A stretch of 64,000 bases of DNA from an uncultured Acidobacteriota bacterium (GCA_963770895.1 CAVYRF010000002.1:5216001-5280000), one strand, 5' to 3'. Shown: positions 1 through 10,600, counted from the stretch's first letter. The notes: a model not told the origin generated them from the sequence alone. A program made the numbers and translations.

Positions 1-263
1 GCGGCGACACCGGTGGCACCGGCGACGGCGGAGTGGTCGGTGCCGGGGGAGCAGGCGATTTGCACGGCCTCGGCGGCATCCAGCGCCGCGCCGCGCAGGG
101 TGGGACCCAGCTCGACGGGATCGGCGGCCGGGAAGTGCCGCGTTTCGCGGCACAGGGCAAGGATCAGCGCATGAAACGGCGCCAAGGGCCTGGCAGTCGG
201 CGCCGGCGGCCTGGCGATAAGGGTGGATTCGATCGAGCTTGCAGGTAGTGACAGAGCGTCCAT
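1..263 (-). CDS. Hypothetical protein, possibly four-helix-bundle (23S rRNA IVP-like); runs off the left edge
   Basis: Manual translation from ATG 263: MDALSLP...FHALILALCRETRHFPAADPVELGPTLRGAALDAAEAVQIA. Loosely matches the T..FP..E...L...LRRAA pattern. No stop before the edge. Confidence 0.4.
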   Translation of the reverse strand, partial: MDALSLPASSIESTLIARPPAPTARPLAPFHALILALCRETRHFPAADPVELGPTLRGAALDAAEAVQIACSPGTDHSAVAGATGVA

Positions 264-413
264 ACCCACCAGAGACGCAAAATCTCCCGCGCAGGTGCCG
301 CGCCGCCGCCAACTCACCACGCGGCCGCTCGGCCGGCCGCCAAGCTTGGTGTGGAGGACACCAACGCGCCAGGCCGCGGATGGCCTTGGCGCGAGGCCTG
401 GAGGGATGAGCCG

Positions 414-881
414 CTAGCGCTGGTGACCCGCGGCGCCGCCCTGGTTGCCTTCGCCGGCGGCTTCCATCTTGCCCTTGGCGGGAGGCGGCGTCGCCGGGGC
501 CGGAGTGACGGACGGCGGCGCTGCGACGCCGGGCGTTGCGGCGGCGGCGGGCTGCGCTGCGGCGGCGGGCTGCGCCGCGGCGGCCGGCTGGGCGGGCGGC
601 GCGACCTGGGGTTCGGCCGGCGGCAGGGCCGGCAGCTGGACCGACGTCGCGGCTTGTGCATCGGCCGCCGACAGCGGCGCCGGGCGCGCTCCGGAGGGGA
701 CGCTTTCGGGGACCTGCTGATCGTCTTCGCCGCAGCCGGCAAGCAGCAGCAGGCCGCAGGCCAGCAGCGCCGCCAGGGCCACGGTGGTGAGGGCTCGGAA
801 GACCGGCGCCGCCGCGCGTACCCCGCGGGACCGGGGCGCCTGGACGGACGGACGGAAACGCGCTTGCAGGTTGCGGATCAT
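414..881 (-). CDS. Pro/Ala-rich putative lipoprotein
   Basis: Hydrophobic stretch ending in lipobox LLAGC, then a low-complexity region with QPAAAA repeats. Start chosen at ATG 881. Confidence 0.6.
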   Translation of the reverse strand: MIRNLQARFRPSVQAPRSRGVRAAAPVFRALTTVALAALLACGLLLLAGCGEDDQQVPESVPSGARPAPLSAADAQAATSVQLPALPPAEPQVAPPAQPAAAAQPAAAAQPAAAATPGVAAPPSVTPAPATPPPAKGKMEAAGEGNQGGAAGHQR

Positions 882-1262
882 GTCTCTCCCCTGAAGAGTT
901 GGTCGGTCGGGGCACGCCGCACGCCCCGGCGGCCGCCCGGCGTCGCGCGCCCGGCCCAGCCGCAAAATCCTGCCAAGCATGCCACACCCCGCGGCTGGGT
1001 GCTCGTGCCGCGACGCGGGAAAGTGCCGTTGCCTGCAATTTCCGGCGGCCTTGCTTCACCTCCTGAGTGGACCTCAATGCGAGGCCCGACCCAATGCCGC
1101 GATGAAATATTTATTTTTGCAAGTCTGTGATGCTTTGACTATGCTTCCTGGACTACAGCGACCTCGGAGGTGAGCGGCGAAGAAAAAGCGCCCTCAGCCA
1201 CTACGGCTAGCCACGACAGTCCATGGCACCTCGCCTGGCGCCTGCCCGACACGAGGGATCCT

Positions 1263-1733
1263 ATGCAAACTCACCGTCTCGTCAGTCTCGCACTCGTCCT
1301 GCTCGGCCTCTTGGGGACGTCCAGGGCCAATGCCAACGATTTCGCCGGCACCTACCTGGCGTCGCTCCCGACGCGGGCGGAGATCCTCCAGCTGCATGCC
1401 GACGGCACGGCGGAGATCATCTTGTCGGATCAGGTCACCGCCGGCGCGGGCGGCTTCACGTTCAGCAACAGCCTGGGTTCCTGGAAGGTCGCCGGGCCAC
1501 GGCAGCTCACCGCCCGCTACCTCGACCTCGACTTCGCCGGCACGTCCTTTTCCGGCACCGCGGTGGTCGATTACGTCTATCATTTCGGGGCGGACTTCCT
1601 CACCATCGACACAAGCTGTCAAGGGAAGATCTTCGCCCCCGGCGTGGAGCCGTTCAACCCGAGCTCTGTCCCCTACGTCACGTTCGACTGTAGCTATCTC
1701 ACCGGACACCCCTACCAGCGCATGCCGCTCTGA
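1263..1733 (+). CDS. Secreted hypothetical protein
   Basis: ATG 1263 after GAGG; signal peptide MQTHRLVSLALVLLGLLGTSRANA; beta-rich mature part. Confidence 0.7.
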   Translation: MQTHRLVSLALVLLGLLGTSRANANDFAGTYLASLPTRAEILQLHADGTAEIILSDQVTAGAGGFTFSNSLGSWKVAGPRQLTARYLDLDFAGTSFSGTAVVDYVYHFGADFLTIDTSCQGKIFAPGVEPFNPSSVPYVTFDCSYLTGHPYQRMPL

Positions 1734-1837
1734 GGCCACCACGCCGCGCCGTGCCTCCGCCGGCGAAGCGTTCCAGTCGTCGATCCTGCCCAGGCGCGCC
1801 GCGGCCGGGCCGGTTCCGGCGCCGGCTGCCGTCTGGG

Positions 1838-3571
1838 TCAGTGGGCCAGCAACCAGCTGGCGGCGAAGAGGACGGCGGCGAGGGACATGAGCACCAGGCC
1901 CAGCCGGTCGGCGGGGGTGGCGGCGTGCAGCCAGGCGCCGGATAGGAGGAGCGCCGCGGCGGTGACGGTCCAGATGAGGCGGCGGACGATGCGCTCCAGG
2001 CGCTCGCGGGCGCGGCGGGCTTCGGCGGGCAGGGCGGCTTCGAAAGCCAGGGTGCCCTGTTCGGCGCGGGCCAGCAGCGATTCGAGGCGGCGCGGCAGGG
2101 TGAGCAGAGTGGCGGCTTGCAGGCGCAGCTCGCCGGCCAGCCGCCGCCAGTCGCGGCGCAGCTGGTCGGCGGCCAGCTGCTCGGCGAAGGGCAGGGTTTC
2201 CTCCCAGGGGTTGAAGGCGGGATCGAGCTGGGTGCTGAGGCCGGCGAGCAGGCCGACGGCGCGGCCGACGAAGAGCAGGTCCACCTGGACCTGGAAGGGC
2301 GCGGCGTAGAGCAGATCGCGGTACTCGCTCAGCAGGCTGCGGGCCTCGGCCAGGGCGACGTCGCGCAGGTCGCCGATGCGCACGCCCCAGAAGCGGTCGA
2401 ACAGTGCCGCATGCATCTCCTCCAGGCGCCGCAGGTCGGCCCCCGGCAGCAGCACGCCGGCCATCATGTAGGAGCGGACGACGCGCGCGGCGTCGCGCGT
2501 GCCCAGACCGATCAGGTATTCGCGCAGGGCGCCGCGCAGGCGCTCGGGCACCTCGGCCACCATGCCGAAGTCGACGAAGACGATCTGGAACGGCCGGGCG
2601 GCCCCGGTGCGGGGAGTGGCTCCGCCGCTGCCGGCGATGGCGGCGGGCCGCTCCACCGCCTGGCCGGGCGCCGCCGGCGCTTCGCCGCCGACCGGCAGGG
2701 GGCGGATGAACAGGTTGCCCGGATGCGGATCGGCGTGCACGAAATGGTGGACGAAGATCTGGCGCATGTAGACCTGATAGAGGTCGCGCGCCACCTGGCA
2801 GCGGTCGATGCCGGCCGCGTCCAAGGCGTCGGTGGCGGAGATCTTGAGGTAGCCGACGTCTTCGAGCGTCAGGGTGTGGCGCCGGCTGTAGTCGTGGAAG
2901 ACGCGCGGCACGTAGACGCGGCGGTCGCCGGCGAAGTCGCGCGCAAAGCGCTCGGCGTTGCCGGCCTCGGCGGCCAGGTCGAGCTCGCGCCGGGTGACGG
3001 TGCGGAACTCGCGGTCCAGGCGGTCCAGGTCGACGCGGCGGCGCAGCCGGCGCCACAGCTTGAGCAGGCGCACGGCGAGCGAGGTGGCGGCCAGGTCCGT
3101 TTCGACCAGCACCTCGATGCCCGGACGCAGCACCTTGACCACCACCCGCTCGCCGCCGGGCAGCACGGCGCGGTGCACCTGGGCGAGCGACGCGGCGCCG
3201 GCGGGCGTCGCCTCGAAGCTGACGAAGACCTGGCCCAGCGGGCGGCCGAAGTCCTGCTCGACCTGGGCGACGATCGCCGCCAGCGGCTCGGGCGGCACCT
3301 CGTCCTGCAGGCCCGCCAGCTCCTGGATGAGCGACGCCGGCAGCAAATCGACGCGGGTACTGAGAAACTGCCCCAGCTTGATCAGCACGCCGCCCATCTC
3401 GGCGGCGAGCGAGCGATAGCGCCGCGCGATCCGCCGGTAGCGCTCGACCGCCGGGCGCCGGAACCGCGCCAGCCCCGGCAGCGCCATCACCACGTCCCAC
3501 CACAGCGCCTGCAGGAAGACGCCCGTCACGAACCGGCGCATCTTGCGGTAGCGTCGAAAATTGAGCGCCAC
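1838..3571 (-). CDS. AarF/UbiB (ABC1) family atypical kinase
   Basis: Motifs IKLGQ, AASLAQVH, VVVKV, HADPHPGN, DFGM; two C-terminal TM helices. GTG start at 3571 is inferred. Confidence 0.9.
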   Translation of the reverse strand: MALNFRRYRKMRRFVTGVFLQALWWDVVMALPGLARFRRPAVERYRRIARRYRSLAAEMGGVLIKLGQFLSTRVDLLPASLIQELAGLQDEVPPEPLAAIVAQVEQDFGRPLGQVFVSFEATPAGAASLAQVHRAVLPGGERVVVKVLRPGIEVLVETDLAATSLAVRLLKLWRRLRRRVDLDRLDREFRTVTRRELDLAAEAGNAERFARDFAGDRRVYVPRVFHDYSRRHTLTLEDVGYLKISATDALDAAGIDRCQVARDLYQVYMRQIFVHHFVHADPHPGNLFIRPLPVGGEAPAAPGQAVERPAAIAGSGGATPRTGAARPFQIVFVDFGMVAEVPERLRGALREYLIGLGTRDAARVVRSYMMAGVLLPGADLRRLEEMHAALFDRFWGVRIGDLRDVALAEARSLLSEYRDLLYAAPFQVQVDLLFVGRAVGLLAGLSTQLDPAFNPWEETLPFAEQLAADQLRRDWRRLAGELRLQAATLLTLPRRLESLLARAEQGTLAFEAALPAEARRARERLERIVRRLIWTVTAAALLLSGAWLHAATPADRLGLVLMSLAAVLFAASWLLAH

Positions 3572-3983
3572 CGGCCGCTCGCCGGTGGAGGAGGAGGCTG
3601 GGTTTGGGCTGTCGTCCACGAATCGTCGCGGTGTCCGCCGCTGCCGCACCTGGCGCCGGCAACCCGGCAGTGAGGCGCCGCGGCCTTCGTCCGCGGCCCA
3701 AAGATGAACCACCGCCGGGGTCGCGGTCAATCCCCGGCCGCACCTGCCGGCAAGCCAGAGCAGGCCTGCGCCGCGCTCGCCGGGGACGCGGTGGCCAAGG
3801 ACTCTGCTCGCCCCCTCTTGGCGCGCTTCAGGCCATGTCAGCGGATCGCGACGAACCGGACCTATGGCGCACAGGTGGTATGGACGACTCCCCATCGCGC
3901 AGGTTTTTTCCGTGGCTCCAGCGACAGATTTGAAGCGGCACTGGTCGAGCTTGGCCAGCGTGTCACGGTTGATGCAGATATAG

Positions 3984-4033
3984 CGTGACTGAAAATCACG
4001 GTGTCGGCGGTTCAATTCCGTCCCTGGGCACCA
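3984..4033 (+). repeat. att copy 1: 3' half of tRNA-Phe(GAA), anticodon arm to CCA
   Basis: CGTGA-CTGAAAA-TCACG anticodon arm, GGTTCAATTCC T-arm, CCTGGGCACCA end. No GCCCAGG acceptor 5' strand or D-arm upstream. Confidence 0.9.
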
Positions 4034-4047
4034 AATAAGCCCAATAA

Positions 4048-4060
4048 AATCAATGATTTA
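4048..4060 (+). promoter_or_regulatory. Putative IHF-binding site in att arm
   Basis: AATCAATGATTTA matches the WATCAANNNNTTR consensus, 14 bp after the att CCA. Confidence 0.55.
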
Positions 4061-4100
4061 CGAGTAGTCGCCGGCCGAGGTGTCTTCGCTCGTTTGGCGC

Positions 4101-4122
4101 CAGGGCTGTCGCTGGGCTGTCG
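4101..4122 (+). repeat. Putative integrase arm-type sites (2 x C[A/T]GGGCTGTCG)
   Basis: The same decamer recurs three times at 37987-38018 and several times at 52918-52978, each upstream of an integrase. Confidence 0.7.
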
Positions 4123-4272
4123 CGGATCGGGTTTCGCGAGCCCGGCCGGTCGGCCGCTGAGCAGCCCGCGACGGGGTCCAGAGTTGCCGAGAAGAGGCGC
4201 CGAGGAGCGGCGAAGGCCGTCAGCTGGCGGCACTATGGCCCGCTCGGAGGGGCGATCCCCTGATTGCGAGCT

Positions 4273-4608
4273 TCAGCGTGAGATTTCGACCTCGCCCGTC
4301 AGCTCCTCGGGGTCGACCTGGACCGCCGGTACCGACGCCTGGCCAAGCGTCTCCAAGAAAAGCTCCACTGGAAGGTCTGCCATCCTCGCAGCCTGAGCCA
4401 GGGTCAACTGCTCGGCCGCGAAAAGCCGGATAGCCAATGCGCGGTGCACCCCGAACGACAGCAGAAGGTCGTCGAACGGTACCGCCAGGATCACAGGCCG
4501 GCCGTGCTTCGTGATGATCGAGAGCTTGCCCTCCTCGGCACCACGCATCAGGTCGCCCGAGCGGTTGCGCAGATCGCGGATGGTGAAGATGCCGAAGGGC
4601 TCTCTCAT
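4273..4608 (-). CDS. Phd/YefM-UPF0175 fusion antitoxin; toxin partner missing
   Basis: N-terminal [21 protein letters not shown] (Phd-like), C-terminal [20 protein letters not shown] (UPF0175). Close paralog of 39416-39751. Confidence 0.85.
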   Translation of the reverse strand: MREPFGIFTIRDLRNRSGDLMRGAEEGKLSIITKHGRPVILAVPFDDLLLSFGVHRALAIRLFAAEQLTLAQAARMADLPVELFLETLGQASVPAVQVDPEELTGEVEISR

Positions 4609-4668
4609 AGGTCGATGCGAGCGGCCGCGACGAGTCTAGAATGGCGGACGGGGGCATCTTAGATCGCC

Positions 4669-4977
4669 GTGATCCCGACCACCTACGAGCACATCGCCCT
4701 CGACGACCAGGGTATCCCCTGGATCAGTGCGGCCAACACCAAAGTGGTCGAGCTGGTCGCCAGCGTCAAGGCGCACGGCTGGAGCCCCGAAGAGCTGGTC
4801 TTCCAGTACCCCCACCTGACCCTTGGCCAGGTGCACTCCGCGCTCGCGTACTACTGGGACCACCGCCAAGAGATTGACGCCGACCTGGCCCGCCGGGAGG
4901 ACTATATCGAGCGGTTGCGGGCCGAGACGGGTGATTCCCCGGCCGTCGCCAAGCTCAGAGCCCGAGGCCAGCTCTGA
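4669..4977 (+). CDS. DUF433 domain protein (VapB-like antitoxin)
   Basis: G.P.I..T.V...V....GWSPEEL..QYPHLTLGQVHSALAYY signature. Confidence 0.85.
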   Translation: MIPTTYEHIALDDQGIPWISAANTKVVELVASVKAHGWSPEELVFQYPHLTLGQVHSALAYYWDHRQEIDADLARREDYIERLRAETGDSPAVAKLRARGQL

Positions 4978-6132
4978 CCCGGCTCGGCGGTTTCTACTGC
5001 GACCACCGGGGTGAACCCGGCAGGCGATCATCCTCCCCCGTATCGATCTCCTCGCCGCGTTTGTAGACCAGCCCAACCGCCTTCCCCCCCGACTAGCTGA
5101 ACGGGCAACGGTCCTTGGCCAGGGGCCTCGTCTCTTCCGACGGGGGTTTGGTCGCCGAGGCCCGCTACCGCCCGACCGTGCGTCGTCGTCGCCATGGGTC
5201 GGACTAGCTGGCTTCCCAGCGCGCGGGACAAATCGGGGCGCCCAGTACTGGGTAGTCTCCCCTGGGCGAACGGTTGCCATCATGCGCTAGTAAATCGCTA
5301 AAATAGCTGTACCCGACGCCCGTAAGTCCAATGTTGTCCATGGAATATGCCTCTGGGCCACTTGCGCGATTCTGAGCAAGCCGTGTGCTCCCCCCTCGCA
5401 GGCTCACGATAAGGCGCGTGGCGCCGGAATCTGAGGCTCGGGCGAGGGGCCATCTGGGCGCCGCGCTACCTGGTTAACCCTTGAACTTCGCGGTCTTCCG
5501 GCACCGTCGCGATCACGGGCCGGACTTGAAATGAGCCGACAGACCTTGCTGACAGCGCCGCGCCGGACGGGCGACGACGTAAGCGACTACTGGTAGACGA
5601 CGGGTGACGGGGGTCACAGGACCGGTGGCCGTCAGGCTGGGGTTGTGTCGCCACCTTCGGTCGACCGTCAGCCATAGGAGAGGCACCGGTTCGATCGCCT
5701 GGCGGGGCTTACCTTGATCGCGGCCGGTGCGGTTGCCTACAGGTCGTCACCGCACCCTCCTGTTCGACTTGGGGCGCATGGACTCTCAGCCCTCCGGCCG
5801 CCCGCCATCTTCGCCGAGCTGGTCCGCAGCCTGCGCCCCGGCACCCGGCATTCCCAACGTCCAGGGCCGATCTCACCTCGGCGAAGGTTGCACCCGCTAC
5901 GCGCTCAAGTCCTCAGCCAACAACGCGGGTCGCTGACGCCACGGCGCGCCCACAGCGGTACCGCCTTACAGCGGCTCGTGACTGACCTCCGGCGACCCTG
6001 GGTCCTTATCGGGAACGAAACACCGTCTTGCCCCCTTGGCAGCCCCCGACGCTCCCCATCTGTCTCGCTGAACCCGGACCTGAGGTGCGGAAGCTCAATC
6101 GAGAGCACCGCATCGTCGATGGAGGTTCAGCC

Positions 6133-6393
6133 GTGTCGCCGACGAAACCACTTGCCAGCACCTCTCGCACCACCGGCCCGCTGTGTGGACCCCGCTTTCT
6201 CCGGCCCGAGCAGGTTGCATCGGCTTACTCCCTTTCCCGGAAGTTTCTCGCTCACGCACGCGGACGGGGTGACGGGCCGGTCTACCGCAAGATTGGGAGG
6301 AAGCTGGTCCTCTACGCCATTGAAGACGTTGAAGCGTGGCTTGCCGCCCGACGGCGTCAATCCACGTCAGACCCAGGCCCCGCGGAAGACTAG
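6133..6393 (+). CDS. Excisionase/AlpA-like HTH protein
   Basis: GTG after GGAGG; FLRPEQVASAYSLSRKFLAHARGRGDGPVYRKIGRKLVLYAIEDVEAWL. Paralog at 40256-40501. Confidence 0.8.
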   Translation: MSPTKPLASTSRTTGPLCGPRFLRPEQVASAYSLSRKFLAHARGRGDGPVYRKIGRKLVLYAIEDVEAWLAARRRQSTSDPGPAED

Positions 6394-6844
6394 GTCCGTA
6401 CCGCGCCGAGCCTGGGCATGGTCGGAACGACAACACCTCCGCTCGTAGTCCATGGCGCTCACCGCCAGCTGGCGAACGCGCGCAACTTGGCGCATCGGGT
6501 GTGCCAGTTCCTCCGACAGGGGCATCGGGCCGAAACCTTGAGGCTTGCGCAATCCATCGCAGGTTGCGCAAGCCGCTTCAGGGTTGTTGAAGGCCACCTT
6601 GAAGGCGCATACCCCTGTTTCGGTCCCCTGTGCCCGGCCTGTGCTCTCTTGCGGCAGCGGCGTTTGTACCGCAGGCTACTTGATGTCGAAGAGAGGCTGC
6701 GAAGGGACACGCCCGAGGTGGTTGCAACTTTCTTGACGCTTACCATCAGGACCCCTCGGGGCATTGAAGGCTTCCACGGCGAGATCACCGGGTTCAAAAG
6801 AGGTGTCGCTCGGTTTGTCGCGAGCCTTGAACTTAGGGGGGCAC

Positions 6845-8289
6845 CAGTAATGTCCGGTTAGAAGTCGAACAGAATGAGTTGGTTAGCCGCAGTGCGCAGT
6901 TCTCGCTGGGACCGGTCAGGCTGGAAAGCGCATGAAACCTCGGTTTTCTCGAAGACCGAGACCGACAAGATCTGTAGACATGTGTAGAGCGAGGCATCGA
7001 GTTGAAGCTCCTTCTTAAGGATGGCAATCAGCACGTAGGTCGCGACGGCGCACCAGATTTGCGTCTTCACGGCGTTCTCGCTGGTGCCCAGGAATCGCTT
7101 GATGCGCAGATGTTGCTTGATCCACTTGAAGAACAGCTCGACCTGCCATCGGCTCTTGTACAAGGCAGCGATCGCCAACGGTGGCAAAGTCGTGTTGTTT
7201 GTCAGGAAAACAAGCGTCTTGCCCGAAAAGGGGTCCTTGAAACGGACGCGCCGCAAATGCTCCGGGTAGGCCTTGGCCGAGTAGAAGCCATTGAGCATCA
7301 CGCGCTGGTCGCAGATCACGCCAGTGGCGCGTTGCGTCTCAAACGAATACACCCGCCGGGCGGCCATTCCATGCTTGGCGCGGGTGACGAAGAAGGCTCC
7401 GGTCTGATGCATCGCATAGAGCCGCGCGAAGTCGACATAGCCGCGATCCATGACGTAGAAGGCTCCAGCCTCGACGGGCAGGATGTCGAGCACGTTCACA
7501 TCGTGAAGTTTGCCGTCGCTGATGAGGATGAACGTTGGAATCGCGCCGCGCAGGTCCAGAAGCGTATGCAGCTTGACCGCCGCCCTGGTCGATTGAAACG
7601 GCGCCCAGTCGAACAGGCTCAGGCACAGATCGATGGTGGTGGAGTCGAGGGCGTAGACGCTGGTGTCGAGATCGAGGACCGAAGGCTCTTGCGCATAGAG
7701 TGCTCTGGCGCGCACGATCAGCCGCTGAGCCAGCGCCTGATAGATACGCCAGTCGCGACGCTCGAGCGCGTCGGCCAGCGTCGAGCGGGCGGGCGCTGCC
7801 TTGATTCCCATGTGGAAGAGCTTGCCTTGATTGGCAGCGAGGCAAGCCTCGATGTCGCGCAGAGACTCGCGCCAAGTGAGCTGCGCGAAGGCCATGATAC
7901 GGAACAGGTCGGCGCAACTGAGGGTACGAACGCCAGCATCGCCCTTGTGTCGCTCGATGATGCGTCCGAAGGTCTTCCAGGGGACGAACTCCATCACCTG
8001 TGCGAACAGCGTCTTGCCCACGTTCATGCGTCACCTCGGATCGGTCTGACCCGAGAGCATCGCAAATCGTCTGCTCAAGATGGGGCATCGCGGTGAAGTG
8101 CGGGGAGCGTGCCTCAGGCCTCAACCGCGGTCTCGAGCCGTCGAGCTCGGAGCCGCCCTTTGCACCGGACTCCAGGTCATCCTGTACGCAAGGCCAGGAA
8201 TTCAAATCGTGGACACCCATCGGAGGCCGCAAGTGCCAGTCACTGCCACGTTTGTGGCAACAGGTCGCCAAAACAACCGGACACTACTG
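6845..8289 (-). mobile_element. IS4-family element
   Basis: TIRs CAGTAATGTCCGGTT / AACCGGACACTACTG; 9-bp TSD GGGGGGCAC at 6836-6844 and 8290-8298. Confidence 0.95.
6858..8027 (-). CDS. IS4-family transposase
   Basis: DUF4372-like N terminus; DSTTIDL, VMDRGY, YKSRWQVELFFKWIKQHL. Confidence 0.95.
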   Translation of the reverse strand: MNVGKTLFAQVMEFVPWKTFGRIIERHKGDAGVRTLSCADLFRIMAFAQLTWRESLRDIEACLAANQGKLFHMGIKAAPARSTLADALERRDWRIYQALAQRLIVRARALYAQEPSVLDLDTSVYALDSTTIDLCLSLFDWAPFQSTRAAVKLHTLLDLRGAIPTFILISDGKLHDVNVLDILPVEAGAFYVMDRGYVDFARLYAMHQTGAFFVTRAKHGMAARRVYSFETQRATGVICDQRVMLNGFYSAKAYPEHLRRVRFKDPFSGKTLVFLTNNTTLPPLAIAALYKSRWQVELFFKWIKQHLRIKRFLGTSENAVKTQIWCAVATYVLIAILKKELQLDASLYTCLQILSVSVFEKTEVSCAFQPDRSQRELRTAANQLILFDF

Positions 8290-9261
8290 GGGGGGCACTG
8301 CGAATCATCGAGGTCCAGCCGCGGGAAGATCAGGGGCTTGGGTTGCACTGTCACGTCGTCGCGTTGACGGACCGGCTATCGCCTACGACGGCCACCGTGC
8401 GCAGCCCGAGCCAGCTCAGTACTGAGTGGCGCACGAGTTGCCGTCTAGCCTATGCGCCGCAGGTAGATGCTCAGGTCATCGACCTCCGAGAATCGCGGAG
8501 GCTCGCCCGCCTCGGGTACTACTTGCGGAAGTCTTGGGGGGACGACTTGTCGTGCAGGCGAAGCCGGAGGATGCTTATTGACCCCGACCACGCTGCGGCT
8601 GTGGCTCTCGTTTTCAAGGGCTGCTGCCGCATGAGCGCTGCCGGGCTGATGAAGCAGGCCCTGGCCGCCGGCATTGCCGAATACCGAGCGTCAAGACCCC
8701 AGCCTTCCCTTCCGCCCCGAGCGGAGTCCGCGCCCAGGACGCCGGCGAAGGTGCCGCGCCGCGGGGCACCTCCTGCGAGGCAGCGACCCAGCACGCCGGC
8801 TCCAAGCCAGGAAGCCTCTCCACGTCCGCAGGTCTGCACGCGCTGTGCCTGCCGGTTCATCGTCAGCCGGCGCACCAAGTACTGCGGCGCGGCTTGCGCG
8901 GCTGCTGTCCGAAGAGAGAGGCAAAGAGCCTCGAACAAGGTCTATCAGGCGACTGCGAACGGGACACGGCACCACAACGAACGCCAGCGCCGGTACCGCG
9001 CACGCAAAGGAAAGTGACGGAGCAGTGTTGCCAGCTCCCATCCCTTCAATCCATATCGCCTTATGCTCGATCGCGGGATGCAGCATCCAGGTCGCGGCTG
9101 GTGTCGGCTTCACCTGGAAGAAAGGCGCTCTTCCAGCCCTTGGCACTCCCGAAATACTCCGCGATTCGGAGTCTTCGGACGTCCCGCGTGGATACCCATC
9201 CAGACCCGCACCGAGCTGCTGGCGAAGGGGATTCGGAGCCACTGGGTATCAAGGTCTTCGG

Positions 9262-9859
9262 TGCGTCTTCCGGTTGAAGCCGGCCACTGATTCCGACCAA
9301 GGTGGCCACCTGTTGCGACGAAACCGGCCACCGAATCCAGCGGGAAGGCGGCCACTTTGCCGGTCCGGCCGTAACAGCCGGCCAGGATCGTCGCAGTGGG
9401 TGGCCGAGCTGGTCGCGGCATGGGCCGTAAAGCATTGGCGGAGAAGCGATTGGTGAGGCTCTTTGGGCCTGGCGTCCTGGCAGATTGGACGACCAGGAGA
9501 GGCTATGCCAGCACGGAGAGTAAGCATGGGAAAGAGTCGAGAGGTCCTGCGGTTGCTGTAGGACCGAGGATTGAGCCAGCGACAAGCAGCGGCTTGCTGC
9601 GGGGTGGGCCGCGCGACGGTGTCGGCGATCGAGGCGCGAGCGCGGCGGAGCGGTCTGGACTGGAGCGGCGCCCAGGGCCTGGCGGACGCGGCGTTGGAGG
9701 AACGCCTGTATCCGCCGGCGGCAGTCGAGGTCGAGACGCGGCCGCCGGTGGACTGGTCGCAGGTCGATCGGGAGCTGCGGCGCAAAGGCATGACGCTGCA
9801 GCTGCCGAAGGGGGGAAATTAAGCCTGCGACTGGGTCCATTTTCGGCGTGCAGATGACA
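9262..9859 (+). mobile_element. Degenerate IS21-family remnant
   Basis: TG-starting end with repeated GGCCAC units; istA 5' fragment 9505-9803 (MPARRVSM..REVLRLL*..DWSQVDRELRRKGMTLQL) with an in-frame TAG; IS21-type end GGTCCATTTTCGGCGTGCAGATGACA. Confidence 0.7.
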
Positions 9860-10143
9860 GGTGTGAGCGAGCGTCGGAATCCGTCGAAATCCGAGCATCA
9901 GATCGAGCCTGAGCGGTCAGCATCATCCCGCGCGTAGCGCGGCGGGTGGAGGGGGTGCGGGGGAGGAGGGGCGAGGGGGGATATGCTGAGCCGAGCTGGG
10001 TAGAGAAACGAAAACCCCGGTGGACGCCGGGGTTTTCGCGTCGTTCCGCGGCCCGCCAGCAGCGAGCCTCGGCCCAACCGAGACAGTTGGAGCCTGGCAC
10101 AGGCGGGCCGCGTTCGTCCAGTCCCCCAGCGACTGGAGGCGAG

Positions 10144-10600
10144 GTGCCTGCGCCTGAGGTTCCGGTCCTTCATCCCCGTTTCTGCCGGCGGTGTGGTCGT
10201 CCGTTCGCGATCTGCTGCGGTTGCGACCGCGGGTATGCCTATGGTTCTCGGGCATGCAGCGAGGCCGCTCGTCGGGAGCGGCATCGGGAGGCCAAGCGGC
10301 GCAACCTGAAAACGCCTCAGGGACGGGCCAACAATGCTCGTCATCAGCGCGAGTATCGAGCGCGTCGCCGGCAGGGCGGCGGCGGTGGTCCTGGCGGGAG
10401 CGTAAGGGATCGGTCTTCCGCGGTGCGGTGCGGTCCTGAGACGCTGTGGGCGGGGCTGCCGCGGGTCCGCAGAGAGCGGAGCGCCGCCGAGTCGCCCTGG
10501 GAGAGCGCCTGTGAAGACCACAATCAGGGTTGGAGTGGCTGTGTGGTGTGCGGGGGCGGTAGTCCGTGGCTCGATCCGTTCGGAGCGCGGGGAGTAGGCC
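10144..10600 (+). CDS. Cys-rich basic hypothetical protein upstream of istA (domain extent shown; frame stays open to 11160)
   Basis: GTG after GGAGG; CRRC..AICCGCDRGYAY..C..ARRERHR..TPQGRANNARHQREYRAR. Homologous to 36218-36634. Confidence 0.6.

Larger units (their letters stand above)
6418..9017 (+). pseudogene. HUH rolling-circle Rep (Rep_1-like) with C-terminal Cys-rich basic domain, interrupted by IS4
   Basis: Removing 6845-8298 restores the frame (ELRGA-LRIIEVQ). Motif 1 FLTLT, motif 2 LHCHVV, motif 3 YYLRK; N-terminal C..LCPAC. Confidence 0.8.

Noticed and set aside
1194-3743. 849-aa ORF and similar long Arg/Pro-rich ORFs (for example 59685-62093, and 34537-35943 beyond the XRE part)
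   Set aside because: Shadow frames of real genes in high-GC DNA, with no recognisable motifs.
3950-4033. Intact tRNA-Phe gene
   Set aside because: The 5' acceptor strand and D-arm are absent, so it is reported as an att fragment.
4980-6100. Genes or structured RNA between DUF433 and xis
   Set aside because: Only short motif-less ORFs and no convincing repeats; it may hold promoters or an origin, but nothing is supportable.
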